Shown piece by piece: positions 13,069 through 26,189 of a stretch of 64,000 bases of DNA (its first letter is position 1; each line of letters starts with the position of its first letter). Made by a program: the position numbers and the translations under genes. The notes under the pieces were generated by a model that was not told where the DNA came from, made no database searches, and saw only the letters and a list, made by a program, of their open reading frames with translations. The DNA comes from Phoronis australis (taxonomy: Eukaryota; Animalia; Phoronida). The DNA lies in NCBI GenBank assembly GCA_002633005.1, contig NMRA01000243.1:523718-587717 (forward strand). The letters run 5' to 3'.

Positions 13069-13247
13069 ATAATACGATAATTGCACAGGTAGTACTTAAA
13101 ATGTGTATATCTGGTCTTTAAAACACTAACATTGACAAATACTTATAATCGAATTAGTAGCCTCGAAATTACATCCAAATATGCTATCAAAAAACGTTTT
13201 ATCTAAGATTAAATCTTGTTGAGGTATTCGCTAGTTTAGTGATGGCG

Positions 13248-13362
13248 TGCCATGGCAGTAGATGACGCAATTTGGACTCGGAAATAAGAATAGACATGCC
13301 GTCACACTGGGTTCAAAACGTCATAAGGACGTCAAAATGACGTCATACTAAACATTCCTATA
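13248..13362 (+). repeat. Dispersed ~110-bp repeat, copy 2
   Basis: Near-identical to 32161-32274 and to the reverse complement of 377-480. Confidence 0.85.
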
Positions 13363-15803
13363 AGCGGAATAAAAGTTTTTGAATCTCGTACCACACATTT
13401 TTTACGAAGTCATTCTCCACAAACATTTATGATGAAAGGTTTCAATATTTCCACAAGATGCACATGTGTCCTCACTAACTAATCGCATCTTTTTCTAAGT
13501 GTGCATCTGTTCCAAAGTGTGAGCGCATTATTTGATGTAACTCCAATATAAGGGGTTAGTTAGGCCCACGCGCCTGTACGTAACATTGCACCTACGCGCA
13601 TGCGCCGGTATGCGAAACGCTTAAAACCTACGAACATTTTAAATCAATCATTCAAACAATGTTTATTTAAAATAGTATTATACAGTGCATACGAACTGCG
13701 AGCTCTTTAAATTTAAAATAAAATTGCAATTGGGAGAATAAATAAATGAATGATTAAAACAGATAAATAATATGAAAACAAATAAAAAGCAGTGGATATG
13801 AAGGTCCAATCCCTCAACAGCGACTTGAAGGCATTTGGATCGACAAACAAAGGTCCAATGGGAGTCTGCCCATTGTATTCCAGAATACATTTTTTTTGAA
13901 ATTTGGCACATCAGTTGTAGTCAGTGTCTTTGAAATCAAAATTTTTTCTTAGGGAAAAGTGTGTGTTCAACTATGGACCGAACTTGACCCTGTTCAAAAA
14001 GCATGAAATATAGCGTGGCAACTTCTTGTAGGTTGCAGGAATATAAATGAACATTGTAATTGAAAAACGTTGCTCAACCTAGAAACACATATAAAAATTC
14101 TAGTGAAAGCTACCGTAATGACACTTTATGAGAATCAAAAACTGAACGTAAATGAAGAAATTGAACTTTACTTTCGTAATCTGATATGTTCTTTCAAACG
14201 TTCGTTAATTTGAACTCGCAGTGACCGTAACTATTACGCGTGGCATCAATACTACATATCTTTCTTTCATTTTGTGCCCAATTTCCCGAGGACGCGGTCT
14301 CACCTGCACCAAAATTAAAAAAATGTCATTTTGGAAATATAGGCGCATGATCATGAGCTTGACTACATGCATAAGGGTAAATACCATGCTTTTTCAGTGA
14401 TTTAGACGGCCGTCGCACCTGAAACCATCCCGTCCGTTTCCAAACTTTCCGGAAAAATTAAATACTCGTCCGTGATTAACAAACTCGTCCGTGATTAACA
14501 ACTCGCATGCATGCGCTCATATAAGTGCACGCGCCTTTATGCCGATAGCTGCAGCTTCATAATCATGCGCCTGAAATCATCTGCCGTGACATGTTGGCGT
14601 GTAACTGCCGAAATAAAAAATTCACTTACCCAGAGATTTCTTTGTCCATTGCAACGCTTATCTGCCTTATAGTGTTGACGCAGGAAGGTATTGTTTGTCG
14701 TCCGCGATATTGATATTCGACTTAATACTGCCGTTTGATGATTTGACATTAAGAGTTCCGTTTAACGGTGGCCGCTTAAAAATTTAATATCCGCTTCACA
14801 GATGTTACGGATTATCCTGAGATTATCGAGATGTTTCAAGTTAATGCGTCTACGTTTGAAAACGCAAGACTAGTTCTATGGCCAACTAAACGCAATTAGT
14901 TATTTTGGGTAGTATTGGCTTCCTGGAGTTATTAGATTTGACCATGGGTATAACGCAGAAAAGTCTGTTGTGTTTTTGTGATTTAAGAATAAATCATCGA
15001 TTCCTAACAAAGGCTCCCAGTCAAGGTAAACTGAAATCGATTTGGCGGCGACCTCATCAGCTGGGCACTATGAAAATGGCCAACGCTTTCAGTATAGTTC
15101 AGACCAAAGTCGGCGTTAAAAACATCCGGGGGCTACTGAGCATATGTGAAGATAAAGAGGCGAGGAGTCAAAGCACGTTGGAGGAGTAACACCTGTAGAT
15201 AAAAATAAGCATTTTGGAACGAAATCAAGTACTGGAGTCTGGAAAGTTAGGCGGAGCATCAGCTTCAACTGAAAAATCAGAAATCGTCTATCATCTTGTT
15301 ATAACGATATAGTAAGTCGTAACGACTAAAGTCGTTAACGACATAGTGTAACGATATAATCCACGATTTTTCTTTCTCGGCCCTAATGCTCCGTGAAAGG
15401 AAAGTCGTGTGAAATCAGTTGAACATTTCCAGTGATTGCGAGCTTGCTCGGTCAGATCTGCCCCCCTCTTCCGTCTTGCACAAACACCTTGCCAGTCATG
15501 CTTAATTTTTTTGTTAATTTCAGTGAAGAAGAGCGTGTGATGCTTCCAGTCTTTGACTAATTAAATTATTGAATCCGTTGCTGAAACTCAAAAGTTTTCG
15601 AGTAATCTCGGCCAGTCGCCGCTGGACACTTACGGCATCTCAGTCAGACCATAGACTATAGTACATGGACCGCCACTGAACTCCGTATACTTTCAATGGA
15701 CGAAATCTATGATCTTACGCATAAGCCCTTACGTCATTATTCACTGGCGACACCTTGCTAAATTTTCTGGTGCAATTTCCGGCAAGTACGTCGTCTGCTA
15801 ATC

Positions 15804-15870
15804 ATGGTCGGCTACTGTGTGGCAGGTTGTTCGGCCACACACGCGAAATGCAAAGGAATTAGCTTCCATA
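15804..15870 (+). pseudogene. THAP zinc-finger N-terminal fragment of a decayed DNA transposon
   Basis: MVGYCVAGCSATHAKCKGISFH fits the THAP start (CxxxC...SFH); a P-element-like CATAGAC terminus lies at ~15650; no TSD found. Confidence 0.45.
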
Positions 15871-17776
15871 CCAATACTAATAATTCCAGCCAACCAGGTC
15901 GCGTGAACATGTTATCTGATAACGTTTTTGTTTACTATCGATGTACCTTCTTGTTTTGATCAAGTTTACTGAAAAGAAATGGTTACGTGGCCCAATTAAT
16001 GGCCGATTGGGCAAATGTCAAAAATCAAATTATACAGGCTTCCTGCTTTCGGCAACATGTGCAGACTTTTACAGAGTGAAAATTTATAGCTTTCTAGATA
16101 ATTTGACAACATACGAAAATTTGTCCAAAAGGTCCTACACTGCACTGAACTATTCTGTTTCGATCGTTAATTCGTCGTTTAAGAAAAGATAATCTATTAT
16201 TATGTTAGATTGAGTAAGTGGCCTACATCGGGACCGCGCTACTGACTGCGAAGACGCACCGCGCTACTGATTTCGAAGACGCCACGCTATCGTGACACTG
16301 CGTCTCCGTAGGATATTCTATGCAAGTGAAACTGTCGAGATCTGTGTCACTAGTATTCAATTAAACATTTTTGTTGTCTCTAATAGACGTAATTTGGCAA
16401 TTCTGAGATTGAAATCTGCAGCCGTCGCTGTATGGTAAGTTTTCTTGGAACAAGGGACTGCACGTCTCGCTTCACAAAGATGATACCATTTGCGTCGATT
16501 AGTACGAGCGCCACCTAAATTTTTTTCGGCGCTAAATGTGGTTCCTGATGGGGTCGTACGATAGTAATTGGTGTAATCAGTTAATGTCAGGAGTAAACGA
16601 AGAGATGACAAACTTGTGTTCACCAATAATACTAGGCATATTTAACATGTTCAAAAGTTATTTGACCGTTTTACTCCGACTTTAAAAGAGCTTCAAGAAG
16701 TCTTTAGTAATGAAACAAACAAGTTTTCAACAAACACCATCCCATACCGATTGATAGTTCACGAGAAACCAGCAACCGAACAAACACAGCCACGGCAAAT
16801 ATGCATTGAGGATGGCGACGGGAACGACTCTGGTTGCTAGCGACCCTAGCGACCAAATAAATGTGCAGTTTAATCTTACTTCATCGATTCATCGGAAGAA
16901 TACAAACAATTATCAGCACTCTGAGATAAAATGTTTGTCGTTACCAAGACAAAAGAGCGTTTAAAGATAAACATTTAAAGTGCGCGAGCACCCCAGTTCA
17001 TGCAGATTGGATGTGTTTTATAGTAACATTACTGCTTAAACCTACCTTTTTTCATAATGTTCATATTTTGAGAGATAGTGGAGAGGAAATGTTACTTTAA
17101 AACAACAACTTTAGCCAGAGGCTAGTTGATGAAGAACCGAGTTTGTTTTACTATTATGTAATCCTGCTCGCAGATGGGCACTGGCAACGAAGGGCCTGGT
17201 CGATGGTATGATAAGCGATAATCACCATGACTGTGACTAGCTGGGTTGCGCAACTTTACCGATGCAAACAAAACGATTACAGCGTGACTCGGGGACTCAC
17301 CCAACTCTGGTGGGCTCTTTTTTCTCGATTCTATAATTGTCCAAATTATTAAATAATGAATGCTGTTCTTGACTTAATGAAAAGTATATTGTGGCATGTT
17401 TCTATTATTTATAGGTGTGGCTCTTTTAGGTGCTCGCTTGCGTGTGACCTTGATGTACTGCCGTAGTTTTACATCCCGTATATATCTATGGATAGGGTGT
17501 CTCGGCAAATCCCTCCTTCCCTCCCTCTTTCAGCTAAGATATGTTTATCACCAGTTAGGGAACGCTGCCCTAGCGGGTACCCGTTTTCCAAATTACTAAG
17601 GTAATGCGTTGGTTGGCGATCTGAATTTAGAATACGCAATTGTAGCGAGGCACCTAATGTGAACGACACCCCCCGCCCTCCTGATCTATGCTACAGATTT
17701 CTAAGCAAACAGTGTCAAAAGTAAATAACTATACATTGCTCAGTGCTCACTCACTGTATTGACTCTCGCAGGCATC

Positions 17777-17828
17777 ATGTTTCTCGAGTTGGGTCTCGTA
17801 GCTTTACTGCTCTGTACCACACAGACAG
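17777..17828 (+). CDS. Ly6/uPAR three-finger (quiver/sleepless-like) protein, coding exon 1 (signal peptide)
   Basis: MFLELGLVALLLCTTQT is hydrophobic; donor ACAG|gtgagt, phase 1; acceptor ctctcgcag just before the ATG. Confidence 0.85.
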
Positions 17829-18086
17829 GTGAGTATAACTTATTTACTACTAGCTATGAGGAATTTTCAATACTGAGTACCGATAAGCCGGATGTAAATC
17901 AAAGAAATCCATTAACTTCACGTCAAGCGAATATTCACACTAAAATGGCTTCGACTGGTGCGAACCGTTAGTGACAACGTATTAATGTTTAGTGACTATA
18001 GGTGATCGTATTCCGCCAACTGGTCAAACCTGCACCGTGCAGCCCATAATATCAACCTCAGATGGAGTCTGCACCAGTTCATTTAA

Positions 18087-19021
18087 AGTGTACGCAACAT
18101 GACTCTAGTACCTCAAAATAAATTTTATTATTATATCTTACTTGATTTCAGTGCCTTTAGTGCACAGCTCATAAAGAAACACGTAAAAATTGAAAAAAAA
18201 ATAATTAAGTACAACGTCATGGGTTGAACCCAAGTCGTTCGTCACACTGTTCGGATCAGCAACTATATGTATAGAGTGAAGTGAAGCGTAAAGAAGGTTC
18301 GTAGATGGATGAAAAGATGTGTTTGCGGAGGCAGCAGCAACAGCAGTCAGACGGAGAACGTCGCGGTGTTCCGATGGACGCCAAAGTTGCGCAGTAGTGG
18401 CATCGCTTCGTGCGCCGAACGAGAGTGTGGGACCTCAGCATAGACCAAGCGATTCTGTCCGGAGCCACTCTGTGTTCTGCTCACTTTGAGGAGTCGTGTT
18501 TCGACTCCAATCAGAGGAGATGTTACGATGAAGGCCTGGTTCAATAAAGGACAATATTTACTATTCAGAAACATCGGCTCTTTATTCAGGATCGTCTGTT
18601 GGATGACTGGGTTGACTGGCCGAGCCCGAGGCCGCTTCTCTCGCTGGAGGATCCAGTTCGTAAGACCTCAAAGTAGAAAAGTACACAGCTGAAAACATAT
18701 CAAACTCGTTCTCGCTTTCGTGCAACACCATTTCGTCATCCTGGCCACCATTCTCGTACGTTTCTTCATAGTATTTGTTCATTTCTTGCTCGTAATCGTT
18801 GTCGCTTTCAAATTCCCTACTCTCCGCCGTTGTTCAATGCTCTTGTGTTCAACCATGATGTCACATGGCGGGAAATGTGAAAATTGGCAAAATTGAAAGA
18901 GAAATCAAAATTTCGAGCTAATGACACAAAATAATCATGGATTTGGCTAACTTTTACGTCATACATTTAGTCTGTGGCCACCGGTAATTCGAAATGTGCA
19001 AAAATCCATGGTGTGTACTGT
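18087..19021. mobile_element. Kolobok-like internally deleted DNA transposon in a Ly6 intron
   Basis: TTAA on both sides (18083-18086, 19022-19025); imperfect 15-bp TIRs agtgtacgcaacatg vs acagtacacaccatg (11/15). Degenerate THAP on + from 18309 (MKRCVCGG.SN...W.RFVRRTR.W...LCSAHFEESCF, with a frameshift and a stop) and a convergent acidic ORF remnant on - (18582-18782). Confidence 0.65.
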
Positions 19022-19169
19022 TTAAGGGTTCTTGGAGGACATAACTAATGAACACGGTGCGTAAATGGGGAACTTGTTAGTTTTGAAAGGATACTGATCA
19101 TTATGTTTCGTGCCACGATAAATAAAATGACGTCCAAATAACAAGGCTATCGATTCGTTCTCCTTTCAG

Positions 19170-19340
19170 TTGACGCTATCAAATGCTTTGAATGCATCGA
19201 CAGTGCCAGTTCACCTGATCCAGCATGTAACGACCCCTTCAACCTGACCAGTAGTACAGCCGCGGCAAGTAACAAGACGAATGACTGTGTTTATGGATGC
19301 ATGAAATTTGACGATGGGAGCCTCAAAACAACGCTTGGCA
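19170..19340 (+). CDS. Ly6/three-finger protein, coding exon 2
   Basis: tcctttcag| ... |gtaagt, 171 nt, phase 1-1: VDAIKCFECIDSASSPDPACNDPFNLTSSTAAASNKTNDCVYGCMKFDDGSLKTTLG. It has the typical IKCxxC...C.DPF start. Confidence 0.9.
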
Positions 19341-19929
19341 GTAAGTGCAACTTAAATTTACGTTGTGAACATTCCAGTTGGTGCCGGTTAGGGCCAGTCA
19401 TTAAGAAAGAATAGCTCTTCCTATGTGTCATTCGTCCTTCCTTGCAAGACCTAAGTCCTTAAAATGACTCTTAAGAGGGGGGGGGTGGTTGGATTTAGGG
19501 GTAGGGTAATAGTTTACTTCAGTTATACGAAAAGCGGTGATCTCATGATTAATTTATGGTCAATCCAAGGTCGTGCTTTCGTGTTTCATTCACGCATGTG
19601 CATTGGGAGAGCCGCGAGCTGAAGGCAGGCTGGTTTGTTTGGTGATATTTCTGCTATTTATTGTTTGTTTAGGGCATTCTAAATCCGAAGCTATAGCACC
19701 TTTTTCAACACTAAATATCCATTTGTGAAAAGTTTTCATTTAATTTTTGCAGTCTTAACTGCACAAATGGATGTGGATCACAAAAGATAATGCAAATGTT
19801 AATGTTGTTTCATGGCCTACAATTTTTGTGCTTTCGACATTTTGCATTACTATTAGCCCCATTATAAAAATCATTTAATCGGAATCAAGGTCAGAAACGG
19901 TAATATAAAACCATGGATTCTTTTCTCAG

Positions 19930-20192
19930 GTAGTGATTGGCGTGTGAAGAGAGGATGCTACATTCCCGGCGACGACCCGTGGCCGCGGTCTAACAATTAC
20001 GACCCTTACGGAGCAGGAAAGCGTGAAGGTTGCAGGGGGAAGTATGATCGAACTGAGGGGACTCTGAGAGCCGAAGGAGAAAGAGCGTGCTTCTGCCAAA
20101 AGGATTTCTGCAACGAATCTGAGAGGGCAGGCATCTCGTTGATAACGCTCATTCTTGCAATAACTTGCGTGTTGGGAAATATACGAAAATGA
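19930..20192 (+). CDS. Ly6/three-finger protein, coding exon 3 (CxCxxDxCN end and GPI-signal-like tail); total 161 aa
   Basis: ttttctcag| phase 1: SSDWRVKRGCY...GCR...CFCQKDFCNESERAGISLITLILAITCVLGNIRK*. Confidence 0.9.
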
Positions 20193-20387
20193 GGAGGCAC
20201 ACAACGGGTCCTATTAGCCGTATAACTGTCTAACTTTCCAAAAACGTATGGACGTTGATCGAACATTTACTATTCCAGGTAAAAATGCCCAATGTGACTG
20301 CTGTTCTAACACGGGAGAATTCGTTTTTCCTAAACTGTTGATGTCGGGAACATGCGCTGTTCAAGATCAGGACAAACAGCTAAGAAT

Positions 20388-20613
20388 CATAGGCGGATTT
20401 AGGGGGGGGGGGCAGGGGGCCCGGCCCGCTCCCCCCCCCAGATCGCGGCGTTCCCGTTTTTTTTTAGTCCACCTGTAGTTTTCCTGAACAGCTGGTTCAC
20501 ACACCCAGATCCCGCAACTTCGGGCCTGAGCTAAACATACAATCGCACTTTGCCTGATTCCCCGAGACAGCATGTTGGGCCCCCCCCCTTATGGTATCCT
20601 AGATCCGCCACTG
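20388..20613. mobile_element. CA..TG MITE with 5-bp TSD (agaat), hAT5-like, in the Ly6 3' region
   Basis: cataggcggatttag ... ctagatccgccactg; agaat at 20383-20387 and 20614-20618. Confidence 0.85.
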
Positions 20614-22732
20614 AGAATACACGTGTTTTCGCGAGATTCGTGTGCATACGCACGTCACCAACACGAAGACTTCCATACTTATTTAAGTCTGTTTCTCTGT
20701 AGTCAAATTTTAACGCTACTCACCACGACGCATTAAGTACTAGTGTTCTAGTAAAGCATTAAATATCTGAGATTTACGACCACGTGTACAATTTATTTAT
20801 CAACAATTCAGTAGATTGGCTTACAAGTAAATAAATACAAGAAAACAGTCTTTAACAATTAATATAAAGAAAACCACTTCATAGATTTGGTTTCATGCAA
20901 ATTATAATCAGCATACCATTAAAATAAACAAGGGAAACAAAAAGGCGTATATTTTGTAACCAGACTCCTTCACTATCTCTTCGTAACGTAGTAGCTGGCA
21001 CACCATCTAGTGTTCAGAAAAGGAACCACCTAACTGTGATGGTGCTTTTCACGTGATGATACGGCCGTGAGATAAGCGCGATATTGAATGGTGAGATACG
21101 AGAGAATTACATTTCCATATCAAATCGGCCGTTTCATCAGAAAATCACTCGTCAAAATCTGTCCCAAGCATTATGCAAAGCTGAGACCGCTTTCGCAAGG
21201 ACAAAGCGGATGTGTGTCAGTTCTTATTATGCCTTACGTTTCCTGAATAGTAACGAGTTCACTGTCAAGTCCGCAGGTTTTACATGCGACACTGTTACAA
21301 TATGATTTTCAAATACATAAAAATTCACAAATGACATTCACACTTGCGTTGTTACACTGAAGATTTTTATCCAAAACGAGAAAATTCAATCAATTCTACG
21401 ACATGAGTCAAAGCGATCATATTTTTAGTAGCAAAAGCACAATGAGGTAGAAATACGAGATACCTTTTAGACATTGCAAGAAAAGACATTCATTAAAATC
21501 GCGTGTACAGAAAGCTTAAAGGACGGTCATTTTCGGACACGTGTCTAGCTGTCTGTTTTTCACGTATCTCGATATATTTGAACTTCTGATGCAACCATGA
21601 GCACTCTTTAGCCTGTATTTATCCTATAAAGGTGGTGACACGGCCGTGAGATGCGCGCGATATTGAATGGTCAGATATGACGAACTACTTTTCCATGTCA
21701 AATGCATTTGAAGTCTGGTTTCACACTGCTTCAAATTTTGCGTACACGGATCTGGATATATCAACCACCGCATGTAAAGTGTGTAACATGTATTTCTGAC
21801 ACTTTTACGTTAGTAATTATCAAACTAATCAAAGCTCCGGCGTGGCAAAAGGTAGGTCCACGGTGTAGTCCTAAATCAAGCGAATTTGAAATTAAATAAA
21901 ATAAATATTAATGTCAAAAAGGCACAGCATAAGAATGAAACCAAACATATTGAAAAAAACACCAATAACAAAAACACATTGCAAAACGAATCTTTACACG
22001 AATTTTTACATGACGCTGGAAGATCATAAAACCCACAAACCAAATGCAGTAGTAACCACACAAAATCTTGCTCAGGCAGATCTATATTATCGTTAAATCG
22101 TAATAAGTCCAAACTCGGGACCCCGTTCGGTAACGTAAAATACTGGCGAATGCAAGCCAGTGAGATCACGTGTTTGGGTTGCAATGCATGGCGAAACTCT
22201 GGAAGCCGCGATTTCAAGTGAATGCACGGGCGATATCTTACGAAGACTTTCGTAATCTCGTCAATCTTGCAAGAGGGTAGTCATACGGAACGCAGCCCAG
22301 AATAACGACAATTTGTTTAATATGCCTCACACACACAAAGGTGTTCTACATAAGTCGTACCCTACAAAGCCTCACACTTTCTGTTTCGACGGATTTGTTC
22401 AACGCTTGACACAATCATTGCAATTCACTCCCTCATTACAAAATCCGGATTATAATAAAATTGCCTGACACAATCATTACGTGAAGCTTAACGCAAAACG
22501 TTGTTCACTTCACATAACCATGGGAAATTACTCGAAATGTGCGCAACACATTCCAAGTTAACATTTATAACATTTCTTCGAACCCATTAAAACCCAGGTG
22601 TTGGATTCAGCAATCAGATCATTGCAATGCACTTTTGAACCGATAACTAAGATTTCGTCCAATAGAAGTCGTCGTAGTTTGTCCTTGCAATGCACATGTC
22701 CGATATTCGTGAGTCAACATGCTAAACCATAT

Positions 22733-22820
22733 CTATAATATTACACACGACTGCTTCGCTTCTTTGCCTTTGTCTTCTTTTAGTGAATGTTTCCTTGGAC
22801 GTGTTTGTCCAGATGGCGAC
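22733..22820 (-). CDS. Small polybasic CAAX (CVIL) protein, last coding exon
   Basis: Strong acceptor tctttttgtag| at 22821/22820, phase 2: (R)SPSGQTRPRKHSLKEDKGKEAKQSCVIL*, i.e. a CaaL box exactly at the stop. Confidence 0.75.
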
Positions 22821-25800
22821 CTACAAAAAGACCACATAAAGGGAAATTTACAACAACTGAAAAATTCCATTTATCGTCTGTAGACAGTGGGCCAGGCTCA
22901 GGTTCGTGAATTCATTCACCTGACAGTTTATTTTTTCAGTGTATGACTAAGTATTGACAATTCATTATTCTCCAAGTTTAAGTTGCACATTTTCTGTGTG
23001 GGTTAAATTGTACATATCTTGAGTAGAAGAGTGCGCTGTACACAACCGTATTAGTCAATCATAAACCAAGAAACCAATTTCTGGTACCCGTGGTAGATGC
23101 AGATTATACATCTACCGCGGGTACCAAAGTAGAATATTCTTGGCTAAAGTCAAAAGTTAACATTGCAACAGTTTAGCCCACGTGATCAGAGCAATGGGCC
23201 CACCTGAGCGACCCTCGCATGTACCAGACAGCCTGCAATTATTTTTTTAAGTTTCAATTAGTGCTGCTTTTAACGAAAATGACGCCGACAGAACAGAGTA
23301 TACTTATTTAAAAACAACATTTAAGATTTAAAGTTGAATGACATAAAGCAGAGGACGAGCTGACCAACCAGGTAAGAGAACTAGGTCCATATCTGGCGTG
23401 TCCGTTGTTTTCAATCCGCAACAACTGCAACCATTTCAACACACATAAAAGATAATTTATATCAGCAAGTGCCCACCGTATAACAAAAGTTAGTTGTTTG
23501 ATAACTTCTGTAGAGAGTACCATAGGTTTGAATAACGCTATTTATGAAGCTACACCAGCCTTCAGAATTAACAAACCACAGTGTTTAGTTAGTGTATGTT
23601 TTACCCAATGCAATTGGAAAATATGATTCTTTACCAAGACAACGTTTATCAAAATATGCCCTAAAAGCACATTTTGCCAAGAATTTAATACTAATTGTAT
23701 GAGTAAATGAAAGGGGATAAAACTTCATTAATTTTACAAAAAAATCTACTTTTCAAGCAAGTTTCATCACATCTTTGTATACAACTGAAATACTGGAACA
23801 TTGAAACTGACCAAAAATGAGCAATTTTGGGGTAGAATTGAGAGCTCCAAGAATTTGTTAAATATTGACCAATATTCAACTTCAAGCGTTTCGCATGTTT
23901 TGAACTTCGTGGTTCACGTTAGGCAAAATGGCGTAATTGGTTCCGGTCGGTAATGCGGTATTTTTAGTTGCTCACTCTTTCAAAAAAGACATGTTTTCAG
24001 AGCTAACTCATGCATTTTTTCTGTGAAAATCCTGATCCCCCCCCTCGCCCTTGCGAAATCCTACAGTAGATCCGCCAGGGGCATTGGTCGAATATCCTTG
24101 ACAGTGCACTTCCATTGGCATCGATATGTATATAGGATGAATTTCAATCAAAACCTATGTATCTTTGAATAAAGTAACAAAAAATAACTCCCGCCTCCTT
24201 ATTAAAGTAGAAAACCATCGTTTTAATGTCACTTTGTATAAATTACTATTTTCTAGTTACCTTAGATAATTTAATTATGAATGCGTCACTCCGAAGTGAC
24301 GTTCGTGGCCAGAATCATTGCCCGTCATCTTTGTTTGTGCGATGATTCATTGTGGACATCTATAGACTGTATATTATTTCCAAAAAATGCTTTGAATTAT
24401 TTGCCTTCGACGAGTATTCTCAGGCAATCCTAGATTGAATTAGAACTCAGCTGAGGGGGATTTAGCCATTGTTTGATCTGCAGTGGACGGGATTTTTGGC
24501 AGATGTCGGTGACCACAGAAACACGGCGTGTGGATATGCACCCTTTGTAATCCGAAGGTACCTAATGTTTGCCGCACACGAGACAGTTATGCACTGCTTG
24601 AGCCGCGGTGTGAACGGGCAACGCTGCATTTCTTGACATGAAGTAGCAAACTCCAACGGTTCCACTGGAAATGAGTTCAGCGTAACTCCTATACTCGTCG
24701 TGAGCTCGTGATCCTTATATCCGGGTACTCAACAACTTCCCGTCATGGTGAAAAACTCGTTTAAAGCGCATCCGTTGTGAACCAAAGTCCTCCGAAGTTC
24801 ATGTACACGAAGCTGGCGGGCAACGATTCGGCCCGCAAACGACAGTTCCGGAATGAAGCGTGTATAATTAAGTAGAGCTCGGAGGACTTTGATTAACTTT
24901 AAATTGATACAGAATAACCAGAGCATCATATTTTCACTTAACATGACACTGGTTGACAACGATTTATTATACCTTTAAGGTAACATTAAAGAAACGCGTA
25001 CGAAATGGAACTCGTAATACGATTTACAATGACAAAGTCTTAGGTCTTTGTGATGATGCTCTGGCAACTCTAATGTGAACGCTTACAATGTCTAGCATTT
25101 CTGGAAAGGCCGGCCAGGGCAGGAGAGTAGCGCATTAAATCAAGTTCATTTTTATCTGGCTGTTGTTACAAATCCCACGTGGAGATTCTTTCGCCCTCGT
25201 GCAGGCTTGCCTGCAGTTCCAGATTAATAACTCTCGGGGCTCCTACGCTATAAAGAGTCTGATGGCTCTGTGGCTCTATTACTACTTCCCAACCCTCCCT
25301 CCGAGACAACANATTGTTTCAATGGAAAGCTAGTGTATTGAATACGCGGAGTGTGTAGATAGGTGTTTCGAGTCCACTTGCCGACTTTCATAGAATGCGC
25401 TCCTATTTTCGGTCAACTGAGGAAATCATTGTCTACACACTCCGATTGTCGTATACAAAGTTGCGTGCCACCTGGGTCTTAGTGAGGTATGACAAAAGTG
25501 CTGAAAATCCGTCTACCGATAATACTCATGTAAGAAAATCAATTATGAATTGATTGCCTAAACAAAAGCCAGATATCACCAATTTATGACAGTATACGCC
25601 AGGTGGTGTCATTCTTTGTCGTTCTAGACAATTCTGTGACCCGACAAGCACGGCTTGAGCGTATTTCAAAACGGTGAAGTATACAGCGAAAATGTATATT
25701 AGTTTATAATGGACCTAACCTTGCTCAAAAAGCATACTAGAGAGAAGCCCGGTATACATGCAATTTAGGGATACATCACGTGTCTCTCGTCTTCGCAATG

Positions 25801-26075
25801 TTCACTTGTTTAATTTAGGAATTGCTGATTTTCTTGAAATTTGAAAGTATGTCTGACATCAGCTGATTGAGTTTCGAGGCCGGTGATTTCCCTGGCTGCG
25901 GAAATTATATGCTTGTTTGGTGATAATTAAATTGCAGGTCACAATTTAAACTTTTTTGTGTGCAATAAGGAAAGATCGTCACCGCGCATTGAAATTTCGA
26001 CTTGGCGAGTTGTCCATGCTGTGCGTTGATGACTATACTCCGGTAGACTGACGTTGACTCAGCTAGGCTACTCAC

Positions 26076-26140
26076 CAGTTTAGTCCCGGAGCCGGTTGCC
26101 GCAACATATCCCGATGTGACATCTTGAGTTCCCGCTCCAT
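26076..26140 (-). CDS. Candidate alternative first exon of the CAAX gene
   Basis: ATG at 26140, MERELKMSHRDMLRQPAPGLN(W), donor TG|gtgagt in phase 2, compatible with the 22820 acceptor; TATAAAG ~45 nt upstream. Confidence 0.45.
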
Positions 26141-26182
26141 AAAATCCGTTTAAGCAAAAATTTTAAAACAACAATCGATGCG

Positions 26183-26189
26183 CTTTATA
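26183..26189 (-). promoter_or_regulatory. Candidate TATA box
   Basis: tataaag on the minus strand upstream of the 26140 ATG; a perfect CRE (TGACGTCA) lies at 26554-26561. Confidence 0.3.

Noticed and set aside
24462-24665. Possible further THAP remnant (MQRC...PTSAKNP)
   Set aside because: Cys spacing and the CxxHF motif are not recoverable, and no element ends were found.
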